A stretch of DNA of 64,000 bases from a bacterium (GTDB lineage: Bacteria; Bacillota; SLNR01; JBMNPB01), in the NCBI GenBank assembly GCA_050943375.1, contig JBMNPB010000003.1:1219-65218 (forward strand). Reading direction: 5' to 3'. Below the pieces are notes generated by a model. The model did not search any database. It was not told where the DNA came from and saw only the letters and a list, made by a program, of their open reading frames with translations. The position numbers were made by a program, and so were the translations under genes. Within the stretch, counting starts at the first letter, position 1, and every line of letters starts with the position of its first letter. Shown here piece by piece: positions 10,864 through 20,720 of the stretch.

Positions 10864-11530
10864 TTGGACTTACCCCGGTGAATTAGACACGCAGTTAGGC
10901 GGCTAAGCTCTGTCTCTCGTATTTTTCCGGGGATTTGTATCCTAACTTGGAGTATAGACGAACTCGGTTGTAAAACACCTCTATGTACCTGAAGATGCTT
11001 AACCTGGCTTCAGCCCGAGTCCGGTACCAGTGGAAATAGATAAGCCCTTTCTTTAGGGTTCCGAAGAATGACTCCATACAGGCGTTATCGTAACAGTCTC
11101 CCTTGCGACTCATGTTCGGGATGAACCCATGGCTGTGTAACAATGCTTGATATTCCATGCTCGCATACAGAAATTTTCCCGCTTCGGCGGGCACCGGAAA
11201 AGCCGGCATAATCAAACCGCCGGTGGTGCCAAAACGGCGCAATGCCGGCCAAAAATTATCGAACGCCATCAAAAAGCCACGGCCACCGCCGCGCGCCGCC
11301 CTTTCCAGCAGAAAACATGCTTCGCAAATCGGGCAGTCGCTCCGGGAAGAAGCATGTAAAGGTCGCAAACAAATCCCGCCGGCGGAGGGGCGGCAAAGCT
11401 AGCCGGGACGGCCGCCCCAAACCCGGGATGCTTTCTTTGCAATCGTAAAAAGTGCTGCGGCTGATGCCGAGCCAGGCGCAGATTGACACTATGCTCTCAC
11501 CCGCCTTAGCCCTAGCGCGGACCGCCGGCA
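10864..11530 (-). mobile_element. IS3-family element remnant (right end, C-terminal rve fragment and an OrfA HTH fragment)
   Basis: C-terminal NMSRKGDCYDNACMESFFGTLKKGLIY..YNRVRLYSKLGYKSPEKYE (10895-11170). An HTH piece AGESIVSICAWLGISRSTFYDCK lies near 11400-11530. Terminal sequence TGGACTTACCCCGGTGAATTAGACA at 10864-10888. Confidence 0.65.
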
Positions 11531-11906
11531 GGTGCTGGTAAAAGCGGGCAGCTATCTCGCTGATGTTCACCGTCGAGTTCTCATCGTAGGGGACAACCAT
11601 CGCCGTCATATTCCGGGTAAAGTCCAGCCGGTGAAAGAAAAACGCTTCCGTGCACGTGGAAAAGCCGATCTGCCGCGCCTTCAAGATGATAATGTACAGG
11701 GTCGGCCGTGCCGCCGGGCCGGGATAAGCCCGCTGCCAGTCTTCCACAATGCTGACCAGTAACTCCTGTCCCGGATTCGGGACGAAAGGGACGATGGCGC
11801 CGGATTTGTCCCAGATCTTCAGGCAGACGAGCGCGTAAGTGCGGAAGTCGCCCGCCAGGTCTTGATTTCTGCCGGCGGCAGCCGCCGCCCGTCCGTTCTT
11901 TTTCAT
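11530..11906 (-). pseudogene. N-terminal fragment of a phage terminase large-subunit-like gene, truncated by the IS3 remnant
   Basis: LKIWDKSGAIVPFVPNPGQELL..LYIIILKARQIGFSTCTEAFFFH resembles the ATPase N-terminus of terminase large subunits. The reading frame runs into IS-derived sequence. Confidence 0.45.
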
Positions 11907-12047
11907 ACTCTTTCCTCCGTTCTATCCCGGTGCTCCCGGCATTATGGCGCCGGTATTCCGCTTTCCCGACTCCGGATAAAGCGACGGAGCCGCCCGGGCG
12001 GATGGCTCCAACTGTATATATCATAGCGTAATTTCCGGATTGTGAAC

Positions 12048-12102
12048 GGGGAAAAAACGGGAATTTTCCGGGAAGAAAGCGGGAATATAGCGGGAACGAA
12101 GA
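12048..12102. repeat. five CGGGAA cores in exact 11-nt phase
   Basis: Cores start at 12048 (CGGGGAA), 12059, 12070, 12081 and 12092. A 10-bp GC hairpin GACGCCGCGG/CCGCGGCGTC follows at 12102-12129. Confidence 0.85.
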
Positions 12103-12216
12103 CGCCGCGGACAGCAGCCCGCGGCGTCAGATATGGAGGCCAGACGCCAGGCCGGGCAGGACGGAAAACCCATCCAACGGCACAAAACAAGACATGAACA
12201 TTTACCATATTGAAAA

Positions 12217-12249
12217 CTTGACTCCGCGGTTAGATAAACCACGGAGTCA
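12217..12249 (-). terminator. hairpin downstream of the aminotransferase gene
   Basis: TTGACTCCGCGGTT-agata-AACCACGGAGTCAA (14-bp arms, one mismatch), about 30 nt after the stop at 12280. The minus strand continues GTTTTCAAT. Confidence 0.45.
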
Positions 12250-12279
12250 AAGCAGTCAAAATATCCGGCGCAACCATGG

Positions 12280-13440
12280 TTACTTCGGCAGAACCGCCGC
12301 GATTCGTTCCAGTGCCTCTTTCATCCGGTCTTCTCCAATGGTAAGAGCCATCCGAACATATCCTTCGCCGTGATCGCCGTAGCCGATGCCCGGTCCGACC
12401 AGCACTCTTGCCTCTTCCAGCAGCAGAGCGGCAAAGGACGTCGAGGTGTGGCCTTCCGGCACCGGCACCCACAAATAAAACGTGCCGCGGGTTTTCTCCA
12501 ACTGCCAGCCGAGGGCGTTCAGCCCCTCGATCATGATATCGCGCCGCCGCCGGTAGATCTCGTTCATCCGAGCGAAGAAATCCGGCGGCGTGGCAAAGGC
12601 TTTGACGCCGGCGATCTGAATCGGATTGAAAACGCCGGTATCAACGTTGTTTTTGACAACGCCGAGCGCCGCAATTACATCCGGATTGCCGACGACGAAC
12701 CCGATCCGCCAGCCGGTCATATTGAAAGGCTTGGAAAGGGAATTGAATTCCACGCCCAGTTCCTTCGCGCCCGGGAAAGACAAGAAGCTGGGCGGCTGGT
12801 ATCCGTCGAAACCGACGGTACCATAAGCGAAATCATGACAGACAATCAAGTTGTGGCTTTTGGCGAACTCAATGACGGCTGGGAAAAACCCGTCGGCGGC
12901 CACCGCCCCGGTCGGGTTATTGGGATAATTCAGGAACATGACTTTCGCTTTCTTGGCGATCTCGGTGTCGATGGCCGACAAGTCAGGCAAGAAACCGTTT
13001 TCCGCCAGCAGCGGCATCGGGTGGGGAATTCCGCCGGCAAGAATGGTTCCGCCGCGGAAAACCGGGTAAGCCGGGTCGGGCACGAGGGAATAATCGCCGT
13101 CATCCAGCAAGGCGAGACAAAGATGGGCGATGCCTTCCTTGGAACCGATCAGGGTCATGACTTCCTGCTGCGGATTGATGTCGACGCCGAACTGCCTTCC
13201 GTACCAGGCGGCCGCTGCCTGCCGGAACTCCGGCACTCCTTCCGTCTCCGGGTAATGCAGATTAGCAGGATCCCGGGCGGCGGCACAAAGCTCTGCCACG
13301 ACAGCCGGCGGCGGCGGCTGATCCGGGTCGCCGACCCCAAACGTAATCAGGTCGATGCCTTTGGCCCGGGCTTCCGCCTTTTTTCGGTCCAGTTCGGCAA
13401 ACATATAAGGCGGAATACGGTTAATCCGGTTTGATCGCAC
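12280..13440 (-). CDS. dapL: class I/II aminotransferase, probably LL-diaminopimelate aminotransferase (short DapL type)
   Basis: 386 aa. The N-terminus RINRIPPYMFAELDRKKAEARAKGIDLITFGVGDPD and the SLSKPFNMTGWRIG PLP-lysine motif point to this family. The specific DapL assignment is from memory of that family. Confidence 0.7.
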   Translation of the reverse strand: MRSNRINRIPPYMFAELDRKKAEARAKGIDLITFGVGDPDQPPPPAVVAELCAAARDPANLHYPETEGVPEFRQAAAAWYGRQFGVDINPQQEVMTLIGSKEGIAHLCLALLDDGDYSLVPDPAYPVFRGGTILAGGIPHPMPLLAENGFLPDLSAIDTEIAKKAKVMFLNYPNNPTGAVAADGFFPAVIEFAKSHNLIVCHDFAYGTVGFDGYQPPSFLSFPGAKELGVEFNSLSKPFNMTGWRIGFVVGNPDVIAALGVVKNNVDTGVFNPIQIAGVKAFATPPDFFARMNEIYRRRRDIMIEGLNALGWQLEKTRGTFYLWVPVPEGHTSTSFAALLLEEARVLVGPGIGYGDHGEGYVRMALTIGEDRMKEALERIAAVLPK

Positions 13441-13550
13441 TTATGAAGCCCTCCTTCAGTAAATTTTACCCCTGCATGTTTCTCCCTCTATTACCATAAT
13501 TATACTTCACCTAATTAATATGGGCAAGCATGTTTCGCGGTAACGCTGAT

Positions 13551-13579
13551 TTGACGGCCAAAGCGCCCGGTGCTATACT
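13551..13579 (+). promoter_or_regulatory. sigma-A-like promoter for rqcH
   Basis: TTGACG (13551-13556), 17-nt spacer, TATACT (13574-13579). Confidence 0.35.
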
Positions 13580-13645
13580 AAAATTTACAGCCGGCGGCAT
13601 CGCCGCAATTGCCGGTCCGCCGGCGGATACAAGGAAGTGAAAGAA

Positions 13646-15412
13646 ATGGCTTTTGATGCTTTAAGCCTCCGGGCGGTCGCCGGAGAACTGGGTGAACTCG
13701 TCATCGGCAGCCGGATTACGAAAATTTACCAGCCGACCGGTACGGACATCGAACTCCTGCTCCACAAGCAGGGAGTAAACCGACGCCTGCTGCTCTCAGC
13801 CCACGCCCAGAACGCCCGGGTCCATGTGACGAAGTCAGTCCGGGAGAATCCGCCGGCGCCGCCGATGTTCTGCATGCTGCTGCGCAAGCATCTGGACGGC
13901 GGCATCATCATCGCCGCCGCCCAGCCCGGTCTGGAAAGAGTCCTGAAATTGGTGGTAACGGGTGAGAATGAATTGGGTGAGCGCACGGCAAAACTGCTCA
14001 TCGCCGAAATGATGGGCAAGCATAGTAATATTATCTTGGTCGACCGGGCCAGCGGCGTAATCATTGACAGCATCCGCCGCGTCTCCCGCGCCATCAGCCG
14101 TGTGCGGGAAGTTTTGCCGGGGCGGCTCTATGTGCCGCCGCCGGCCCAAGACAAAACCGACCCGCTCGCTCTTGCTGGGGACGCTTTTCCCGCCCTGCTC
14201 CGGAGCGGGCCGGGGGAAGAAAAAATTTGGCGGCTCCTCCTTAACTCTCTGGCTGGGCTGAGCCCGCTGCTGGCGAAGGACATCGCCGTCCGGGCCGGAC
14301 TCGCGCCGGAACGGACGGCGGAATCGCTGACCGACCCGGAATGGGACGGCCTCAAGGCAACACTGGTGGATTTTTATCAGTCGGTGAGAAACAGAACTTT
14401 TACTCCTTCTCTCGCCGTCGACCGGAAGACCGGAGCCTTTCTCGCTTACGCCCCTTTCCCGCTGGCGCAATACCCGGCAGCGGCCGGCAGCGCCGGAAAA
14501 TCAATGAATGAAGTCCTCGACATTTATTATGCCACCTTCGGGCAGGGCGACAAAACCGGTCAGGCCAGGCAGACCCTCCTGCGGACTGTCGGTGCGGCCC
14601 TCGCCCGCTGCCGGAAAAAGGAAACCGGCATCGCCGAAGCTCTCACCGCGGCGCAAAACGCCCTCAGCCTGCAACTGGCCGGGGAATTAATCTTGGCCAA
14701 TATCCATCGTCTGCGCCAAGGTGACTCGGTCCTCACCGCCGTCAATTATTACGACCCGGCCCAGCCCGAGATCACGGTGGAATTGGACGCTCGCTTCACT
14801 CCGGCGGAAAACGCACAGCGCTATTTCAAGCAATACGCAAAGGCGAAAAAAAGCCTCGCCATCCTCGGCCGCCAGCAGCAAGAGAACGCAGCGGAAATCA
14901 GCTATCTGGAAAATGTGGAGACTCTCGCCGCCCAGGCCGGCACCGCTGCCGAACTGGCCGATATCCGACAGGAAATGATCGAGCAAGGATATCTGGCTGC
15001 GCCCGCCTCCCGCCGGAATAATAAGACCCGGCCGGAAGAGCCTTCTCAGCCGCTCCGGCGTATCACGGCCGACGGCTATACAGTTCTGGTCGGCCGCAAC
15101 AACAAACAGAACGACCGCCTGACGCTGCGGGAGGCGGCGCCGGACGACATCTGGCTCCACACCAAAGATATTCCCGGTTCCCACGTGATCATCCGCGTCA
15201 AGGACGGCCGCCCCGTCCCGGAGACGACCCTCCGCGAGGCAGCCGCACTCGCCGCATATTACAGTAAAGCCCGCGCCTCGGCCAATGTGCCCGTTGATTA
15301 CACGGCAGTCCGCCATGTCCGAAAGCCCCGGGGGGCAAAACCGGGCATGGTCATTTACGACCATCAGAAAACGGTGTTCGCGGACCCCCATCCGGGCCGC
15401 GCAGATGAGTAA
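13646..15412 (+). CDS. rqcH: NFACT-family ribosome quality-control protein (fibronectin-binding protein A N-terminal domain family, RqcH)
   Basis: About 588 aa. MAFDALSLRAV start, NFACT-N region, coiled-coil middle, and a C-terminal NFACT-R/DUF814 region (GYTVLVGRNNKQNDRLT..DIWLHTKDIPGSHVII). Confidence 0.85.
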   Translation: MAFDALSLRAVAGELGELVIGSRITKIYQPTGTDIELLLHKQGVNRRLLLSAHAQNARVHVTKSVRENPPAPPMFCMLLRKHLDGGIIIAAAQPGLERVLKLVVTGENELGERTAKLLIAEMMGKHSNIILVDRASGVIIDSIRRVSRAISRVREVLPGRLYVPPPAQDKTDPLALAGDAFPALLRSGPGEEKIWRLLLNSLAGLSPLLAKDIAVRAGLAPERTAESLTDPEWDGLKATLVDFYQSVRNRTFTPSLAVDRKTGAFLAYAPFPLAQYPAAAGSAGKSMNEVLDIYYATFGQGDKTGQARQTLLRTVGAALARCRKKETGIAEALTAAQNALSLQLAGELILANIHRLRQGDSVLTAVNYYDPAQPEITVELDARFTPAENAQRYFKQYAKAKKSLAILGRQQQENAAEISYLENVETLAAQAGTAAELADIRQEMIEQGYLAAPASRRNNKTRPEEPSQPLRRITADGYTVLVGRNNKQNDRLTLREAAPDDIWLHTKDIPGSHVIIRVKDGRPVPETTLREAAALAAYYSKARASANVPVDYTAVRHVRKPRGAKPGMVIYDHQKTVFADPHPGRADE

Positions 15413-15420
15413 GCCTCCTA

Positions 15421-15449
15421 TTGACAAGCAAAAGCGCCTATATTATATT
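15421..15449 (+). promoter_or_regulatory. sigma-A-like promoter for the lipoprotein gene
   Basis: TTGACA (15421-15426), 17-nt spacer, TATATT (15444-15449). Confidence 0.35.
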
Positions 15450-15537
15450 AAAGTTGTTACGATGGGGTGATTGTTCCCAATTCCTCCGCGGCCGACGGCA
15501 TCCTGCGGCGCGGCCGGCCGTGGCAAACGGGGGTTGA

Positions 15538-16212
15538 GTGATGAGCGTCTCTCTGCGCAAAAAAATTACCGCCGCCTGCCTATGCTCCTGCCTTCTTTTG
15601 ACGGCGGGCTGCGTCGCCACCCTGCCGCCCCGCCTGGAGCGGGACGCAGCTAAGATTAATCTGACGAAAGAATGGAATAAAATCGTCAGATACACCGGTA
15701 TCGACGACGACCAGGTCATGCTGAGCGATCTCATCGTCCGCTGCGACGACAGCGGCACAGTGGAAAGCTTCCGTTTGCAATTCTTCAACCGGACCGACGA
15801 CGACGGCTACACATTGCACGATGTAAACTACAACGGCGGGGACGAAATCAAATGTTACCGGCAGGAAATGGCCGGAACGACTGAAGACGCCGTTCTGGTC
15901 AGCAACGTTTTTGCGGCAATTGATGCTTACGGCTTCGCCAATTTCGGCCGCGATATCAGCGGCCCGATCGGGATGATGCTGTCGACCGTCTGGGGCAAGA
16001 CATATTACCAAAGCGGGGACAACTGCAAGGTTTATCTCCTCGCTGCCGGAGAAACCACTCCGGTTGACAATCAGACGTTCGAACTGGGCCGGGAATATGT
16101 CGCCCTGAACGTCTGGGAAGCAGGCGAAAACCCGTCGCAAGCGGGAAGAATCGTCTTTATCATTCAGGTCGGGTCGGCCGCGGCGGAAACGGACGCGGCC
16201 GGCGAAGTCTGA
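15538..16212 (+). CDS. hypothetical lipoprotein
   Basis: Signal peptide with lipobox LLLTAGC. I recognise no domain. Confidence 0.6.
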   Translation: MMSVSLRKKITAACLCSCLLLTAGCVATLPPRLERDAAKINLTKEWNKIVRYTGIDDDQVMLSDLIVRCDDSGTVESFRLQFFNRTDDDGYTLHDVNYNGGDEIKCYRQEMAGTTEDAVLVSNVFAAIDAYGFANFGRDISGPIGMMLSTVWGKTYYQSGDNCKVYLLAAGETTPVDNQTFELGREYVALNVWEAGENPSQAGRIVFIIQVGSAAAETDAAGEV

Positions 16213-16267
16213 TGGGAACGATACGGGGACAGCCAACGGCCGGCCCCGTTATTAAATTACTAATAAG

Positions 16268-16307
16268 CGCGGGAGCGGCTTTCGCGAAAGCCGCTCCCGC
16301 TGTTTTT
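16268..16307 (+). terminator. intrinsic terminator
   Basis: GCGGGAGCGGCTTT-cgcg-AAAGCCGCTCCCGC followed by TGTTTTT. Confidence 0.75.
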
Positions 16308-16428
16308 CCGCCCGGAATATCCCGCCGTATCAGCCGGAAGCCATAGCGCGCCGGGCTGTTGCTCCGGCGGCGCCAGCTTTGGCAGTAACTATTTGCGGTC
16401 AGAACTCTATCGTTGCCGGAAAAGATGC

Positions 16429-17118
16429 TTAGTTTTCGTCCGCCAGAAGCGCCGCCGTTAAGTCCAGCGGCTCCATCACCTTGCCGTCTTGATAAACCCG
16501 CATGTTGCCCGAGGCGATTTCGTCGATCAGGATGACGTTGCCGTCGCTGTCGGTACCGAATTCCAGTTTGATATCGTACAGCTCCAAGCCCTTCTTTTGC
16601 AGCACAGCACTGATCAAAGCCGTAATTCTTTGCGTATTGGTTTTAATCTCCGCATATTGGGCGGCGGACATAATGCCCAGAGCCGCCAAGCCATCCACTG
16701 TAACTAAAGGATCGCCTCTTTCATCGTCCTTTAACGTTGCCTCTACGTATGCATTAAGCTTGTCCCCTTCCTGCACGTAGACGCCGTAACGGCGCAGGAA
16801 ACTCCCCACCGCCCGGTAGCGGCAGATAATCTCCAAGCCTTTGCCGAAAGGTTTCGCCGCGATGACGTCCATGGTTCCGTTTTCAGCGTCGGCGCTGATG
16901 TAGTGGGTTTTGATGCCGGCGTTTTTCAAGATTTCAAAGAACATGGCGGACACCTTCAGATTGCCTTTGCCGATCCCGGCAATCGAAAGACCCACCGTGT
17001 TGGCGCCGGGGTCGAAGACACCGTTTTCGCCAGTCACATCGTCCTTGAACACCAAGCGATAGTTCCCGTTTTCCAAGGCAAGTACATCTTTGGTTTTGCC
17101 AGAGTAAATTTTTTTCAA
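16429..17118 (-). CDS. purC: phosphoribosylaminoimidazole-succinocarboxamide synthase
   Basis: [33 protein letters not shown].. is SAICAR synthetase-like. The TTG at 17118 is preceded by GGGGAG. The track ORF (to 17271) adds an implausible N-terminal extension. Confidence 0.88.
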   Translation of the reverse strand: MKKIYSGKTKDVLALENGNYRLVFKDDVTGENGVFDPGANTVGLSIAGIGKGNLKVSAMFFEILKNAGIKTHYISADAENGTMDVIAAKPFGKGLEIICRYRAVGSFLRRYGVYVQEGDKLNAYVEATLKDDERGDPLVTVDGLAALGIMSAAQYAEIKTNTQRITALISAVLQKKGLELYDIKLEFGTDSDGNVILIDEIASGNMRVYQDGKVMEPLDLTAALLADEN

Positions 17119-17450
17119 ATCCGCTCCCCTTTCCTGCTCCTCCGCATTTGAAATTTTTTGCCGCGCATCTTGCATCTTCTCATCCCGAGAAATGGTTCCG
17201 TCCCGCCCAACGGTTGCCGTCGCGCAGGCGACTGCTGTCAGGCAAGCCGAAACGTTCCGGCCGAAAAACAAAATCGCCCCGAGCGTGAGAAAAGCACCAG
17301 ATATTATTCGCGCTTTTCCCGCCTTTCCCTCTTGGACGGTGCCGGCTGTTAATCCCGGCGAAGCGAGGGATTGCGCGTTCTCAGCAAGACAATGCCAGCA
17401 ACGGGAAGACCATCCTATCGCCCGCCCCGATTGCCTTGGCGATATGGAAC

Positions 17451-18479
17451 CTAGGTAAAATATTTAACGTCCGCCGCCGGAAATCTTCCGGTTATGAGAG
17501 ACGTTAAATATTGCTTGATTTCTTCAGCCTGCTCCTTCTGATACACATATTTGTATCTGCCAAATCTTCCCCACTTCAAACGCCGTTTTTCCTCATCCAT
17601 ATCCAGTTTCGTTTTCGGGAACCGTTGCAGAATAAGTCCTTTGGCGACAGTCGTAAACCGGTGCTGGATCAATTCAAATGTCAGGGTTTTCCCCCTAAGT
17701 TCGGCCCCCAATTGGTTCTCCAGTTTTCGGAGTAGCAGCGCATACTCTTCCCGCCAATCGGTGTGGCGCATGATCGGGGCGATTAAAAAACCAATGGGAT
17801 AGCCGGCCTTGCCAAGTTTGCTGATCGCCTCGATTCTTTCCGCCAAACTTGCGGTATTATGCTCAAAATTGTCGATCACATAATCGGTGTTTATGCTTAT
17901 TCTGAAATGCGTGTTTTGATTATGACGGAGATTTAAAAGGGAATCAACATTATTATATTTCGTGACTACCCTAAGCTTTCCATTCTCAAGTCCGGAAAAA
18001 AATACGATCGTCTTGGCGATGCTACCGGTAATGTGCTCCAAGGCCAAAGGATCACCTAAACTGGCAGCCTCAAAAGTTGTGGCCTCATCTCCGTTCCGCT
18101 TAATGTGGTCTCCGATAACGTTAAAGATGTCCGCAAGGTTTACAAATACTTTTATATACGGTTTGGCTCCTTGCGTAGTTTGCAGATAACAATATTCACA
18201 ACTCCCGGGGCAATTACCGACCAGAGAAAATTGATAATCAGCCGAAGGTTTGCAGATATCAAGTTTTTTGCTTTTATTCGTTGTCACCAGAAGCGTTCTT
18301 TTCGAAGCATTGTATTTCTGTGCCGGCGTCACGCCCGAAATGTGGCGCGCCGTGTTTCTAGCCTTGGCATGAATTATTTCCACGGGCTTATTTCGGAAAA
18401 ACTCAAATATTTCCCGGCCGAGAGGATATTCCAGACTTGGCGGGTCAAAAATAACTCGCTGCGGCATAAACAGTTTCAT
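17451..18479 (-). CDS. splB: spore photoproduct lyase (radical SAM)
   Basis: 342 aa. Radical-SAM [11 protein letters not shown] motif with length and overall pattern typical of SplB. A 60-nt sample at its 3' end is 43% GC. Confidence 0.88.
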   Translation of the reverse strand: MKLFMPQRVIFDPPSLEYPLGREIFEFFRNKPVEIIHAKARNTARHISGVTPAQKYNASKRTLLVTTNKSKKLDICKPSADYQFSLVGNCPGSCEYCYLQTTQGAKPYIKVFVNLADIFNVIGDHIKRNGDEATTFEAASLGDPLALEHITGSIAKTIVFFSGLENGKLRVVTKYNNVDSLLNLRHNQNTHFRISINTDYVIDNFEHNTASLAERIEAISKLGKAGYPIGFLIAPIMRHTDWREEYALLLRKLENQLGAELRGKTLTFELIQHRFTTVAKGLILQRFPKTKLDMDEEKRRLKWGRFGRYKYVYQKEQAEEIKQYLTSLITGRFPAADVKYFT

Positions 18480-18594
18480 AATTTCACCCTTTCAATTCAA
18501 TATCTTTATAAATGCGCAAATTAACGTTTTTTATTATGAGGAAAGAAATGCTGCCGGCCTAAGCAAGCAGCAGATGAAATAATAGGGTGCAGCA

Positions 18595-18750
18595 AGTTTC
18601 GCAAATTGAAAAAGTCCAAAAAGAAAGACACGGGCGTAGCTGCTTGGCAAACCGAGGCACCACACCCAAATCTACCAAGAAAGGAGTCACGCAACCGTGT
18701 CCAGTAATCTTATTTATTCAAATAAAGGAACAAAAAAAGGAGAATTGCTC
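18595..18750 (+). mobile_element. left-end remnant of an IS256-family element (copy 1)
   Basis: About 150 nt homologous to 23396-23550: shared GTTTCGCAAATTGAAAAA..CCAAAAGAA..AATCTACCAAGAAAGG, then the start of the transposase frame. Only the first ~20 codons remain. Confidence 0.55.
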
Positions 18751-18763
18751 TTACTATCTGTCA

Positions 18764-19658
18764 AGTTTTTCCGATAACTCACGATCAATTATTGTTGTAG
18801 ATAGAATTTTAGAAAACCGCTCCCCGTTAACTGTTCTGGCAACTTCAACGTTTAAGTTGGAAGCCGCGGTGAAAGCAGTCGCTCCCATTTTGCCCCCAGT
18901 TTGGATTTCAACATCAACGAAGCCCTTTTAAACCGGCAGATGTCTGCGTAAAAAAAGAGACAGCCGCCAGAGGGTTATGCAGAGTCAGCTATTCAAAACT
19001 CTCCAGCCATGCATTCCCGAAATCGAATACACTTTCAGCAAAGCGAAATCTTCTTGAGAATTTCGCCGGCACTATCCGCTTCAATAGTGAGCATCCGCGT
19101 CGCTTCAAGGGGAATGGCGCTGCAGACAGCCACCCTGGAGGCAAAGACAATCTTTGCGGCCAATGGATCATCATGTGTTTCGGTTGTACCACGGCTCCGG
19201 CATGGCTTCGTCGCCAAATTAGCAATTTATTACATAAAGTCCTTTCAGCAATCGCGGGGCATCCGGATAAATCCGAAACAAGGTTGCAATGTTCGTCATA
19301 TTGCCAATCCCGATTAATACGACCTCGTGCGGGCTATCTTTTATTTTTCGGTATAGTAATACGGGAGCGTCCGCCTTTTCATAAGTGTTGTGGCGCCAAT
19401 TTCTGAGCACATCCGCACCAGCCGGGGTCGGATAGCAAGGTACAGGCTGTTATGTTGCCCAGTCCCGCCACAATCGGGATATCCCTGCCTGCTGCTTGCC
19501 AAATCGCATCTGTCACTGCCGACCGCTTTTCCGGCTCTCCACCTACTATTGTAAAGCCCAGCAGGTTGCAACACGGCTCTTTTAGCAAATTGGCAAGGCA
19601 GATCGCGTCGTCAATATCTCTGCCGGTATCGGTGCCAGCACTATTTTTATGATGTCAT
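18764..19658 (-). pseudogene. inosine-uridine-preferring nucleoside hydrolase, frameshifted
   Basis: Pieces sit in different frames: [84 protein letters not shown], and the C-terminal VDVEIQTGGKMGATAF..NVEVARTVNGERF. Confidence 0.65.
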
Positions 19659-19723
19659 TTCGAACTTTCCTAAGAACACCTGAAATCTGACAAATAGGCC
19701 CGCAAAGACCATAAATTCTGTTT

Positions 19724-20677
19724 TCATTCATTCCAAGGAATATCGAGAGGGCGACGCAGCCACTGATGTTTAAAAACGGGAATGCTGTATTTCTTGCCAA
19801 GCCGCCGGAGCTGTTCTTTGTATACGCCTTTTAAATTGTCATGAAATACAATACCGGCGATACCGCCATTAATGGATCGAAGACAATTTTCAAGTTTTGC
19901 TTGCCCGTCTTCACCTTCATACCGTCCCGTAACCAGCCAGTGGTTGGGAATTATATGGGATATTCCAAAAGCATTGCCTTCCCACGACTGCAACACTGCA
20001 CCGGCAAAAGCCGGTTCAAAGTGGACACCCCCCACACAAAGCAAGTTTTGCAAAGTTTTGCCACTGCCGTTAAAAACGTCGGCAAGAGCATGGGCGATAA
20101 CTGTTGCTGCCGAGGAATCGGACCAGCTGGATGGTGTGCTCCCAATCTCTATGTCAAACAACGGCACCGGGAAATGAGGAATCATATCCGGCGTACCGCC
20201 GTTATAGATCATACCGGACCAGTGCGTTGCTTCGGTGGTAATTCTAAAATCCTCCAACCCGGCGGCAATTCGGTTTTTCTCCAAAGACAATAATAAATTG
20301 TGCATATAAGCCGGATCGGCATTTCCAAAATAACCGGTATCCACATCACCGGTAGTATGCACCGAAAAAATTCTGTCCGGTGCATTTTGTCCCTCATGCC
20401 ATGTCACAAGGCCCGCCATGTCAAAGGCAGAAAAATAACGGTTCATTATCGGTAAATAGTGCCTGTAATCATGGCAAACAACTTTACTGGTTCTAACGAA
20501 ATATAATTCATTCCCGTTATCATCCGTATGTTTCAGCACCGGGTTGTCATCGATAATAATCTTTGTCTCAACCAAGCTGTACATTTCCGGCAGCGCAGCA
20601 AAAACATGCCCGGCAACCGGGTCGGTATCTGGATTTACCGCAAAAAAGTAAACCGCTTTTTTTGACGTTGACATCAA
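19724..20677 (-). CDS. D-aminoacyl-tRNA deacylase DTD2-like protein (PF04414-like)
   Basis: 317 aa. TTEATHWSG, FDIEIGSTPSSWSD, CVGGVHFEP and the C-terminal IVFHDNLKG..LRRLGKKYSIPVF line up with the EATHHGP / IEIGS / GIGGGHYAP hallmarks of archaeal DtdA as I remember them. Confidence 0.5.
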   Translation of the reverse strand: MMSTSKKAVYFFAVNPDTDPVAGHVFAALPEMYSLVETKIIIDDNPVLKHTDDNGNELYFVRTSKVVCHDYRHYLPIMNRYFSAFDMAGLVTWHEGQNAPDRIFSVHTTGDVDTGYFGNADPAYMHNLLLSLEKNRIAAGLEDFRITTEATHWSGMIYNGGTPDMIPHFPVPLFDIEIGSTPSSWSDSSAATVIAHALADVFNGSGKTLQNLLCVGGVHFEPAFAGAVLQSWEGNAFGISHIIPNHWLVTGRYEGEDGQAKLENCLRSINGGIAGIVFHDNLKGVYKEQLRRLGKKYSIPVFKHQWLRRPLDIPWNE

Positions 20678-20720
20678 TTCTCCCTCCTGTTGGGTTCACT
20701 TAACTATTAAGAAATTCTTC

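Noticed and set aside
17119-17450. ZTP (pfl) or purine riboswitch upstream of purC
   Set aside because: Only loose resemblances were found (GCTGGCA, CGCCGGGA). The conserved ACUGGCG / CCGCCUGGGC of ZTP and the UAUAAU..UAUGG..CCGACUAUG elements of purine aptamers are absent. The region is kept only as an unexplained leader.
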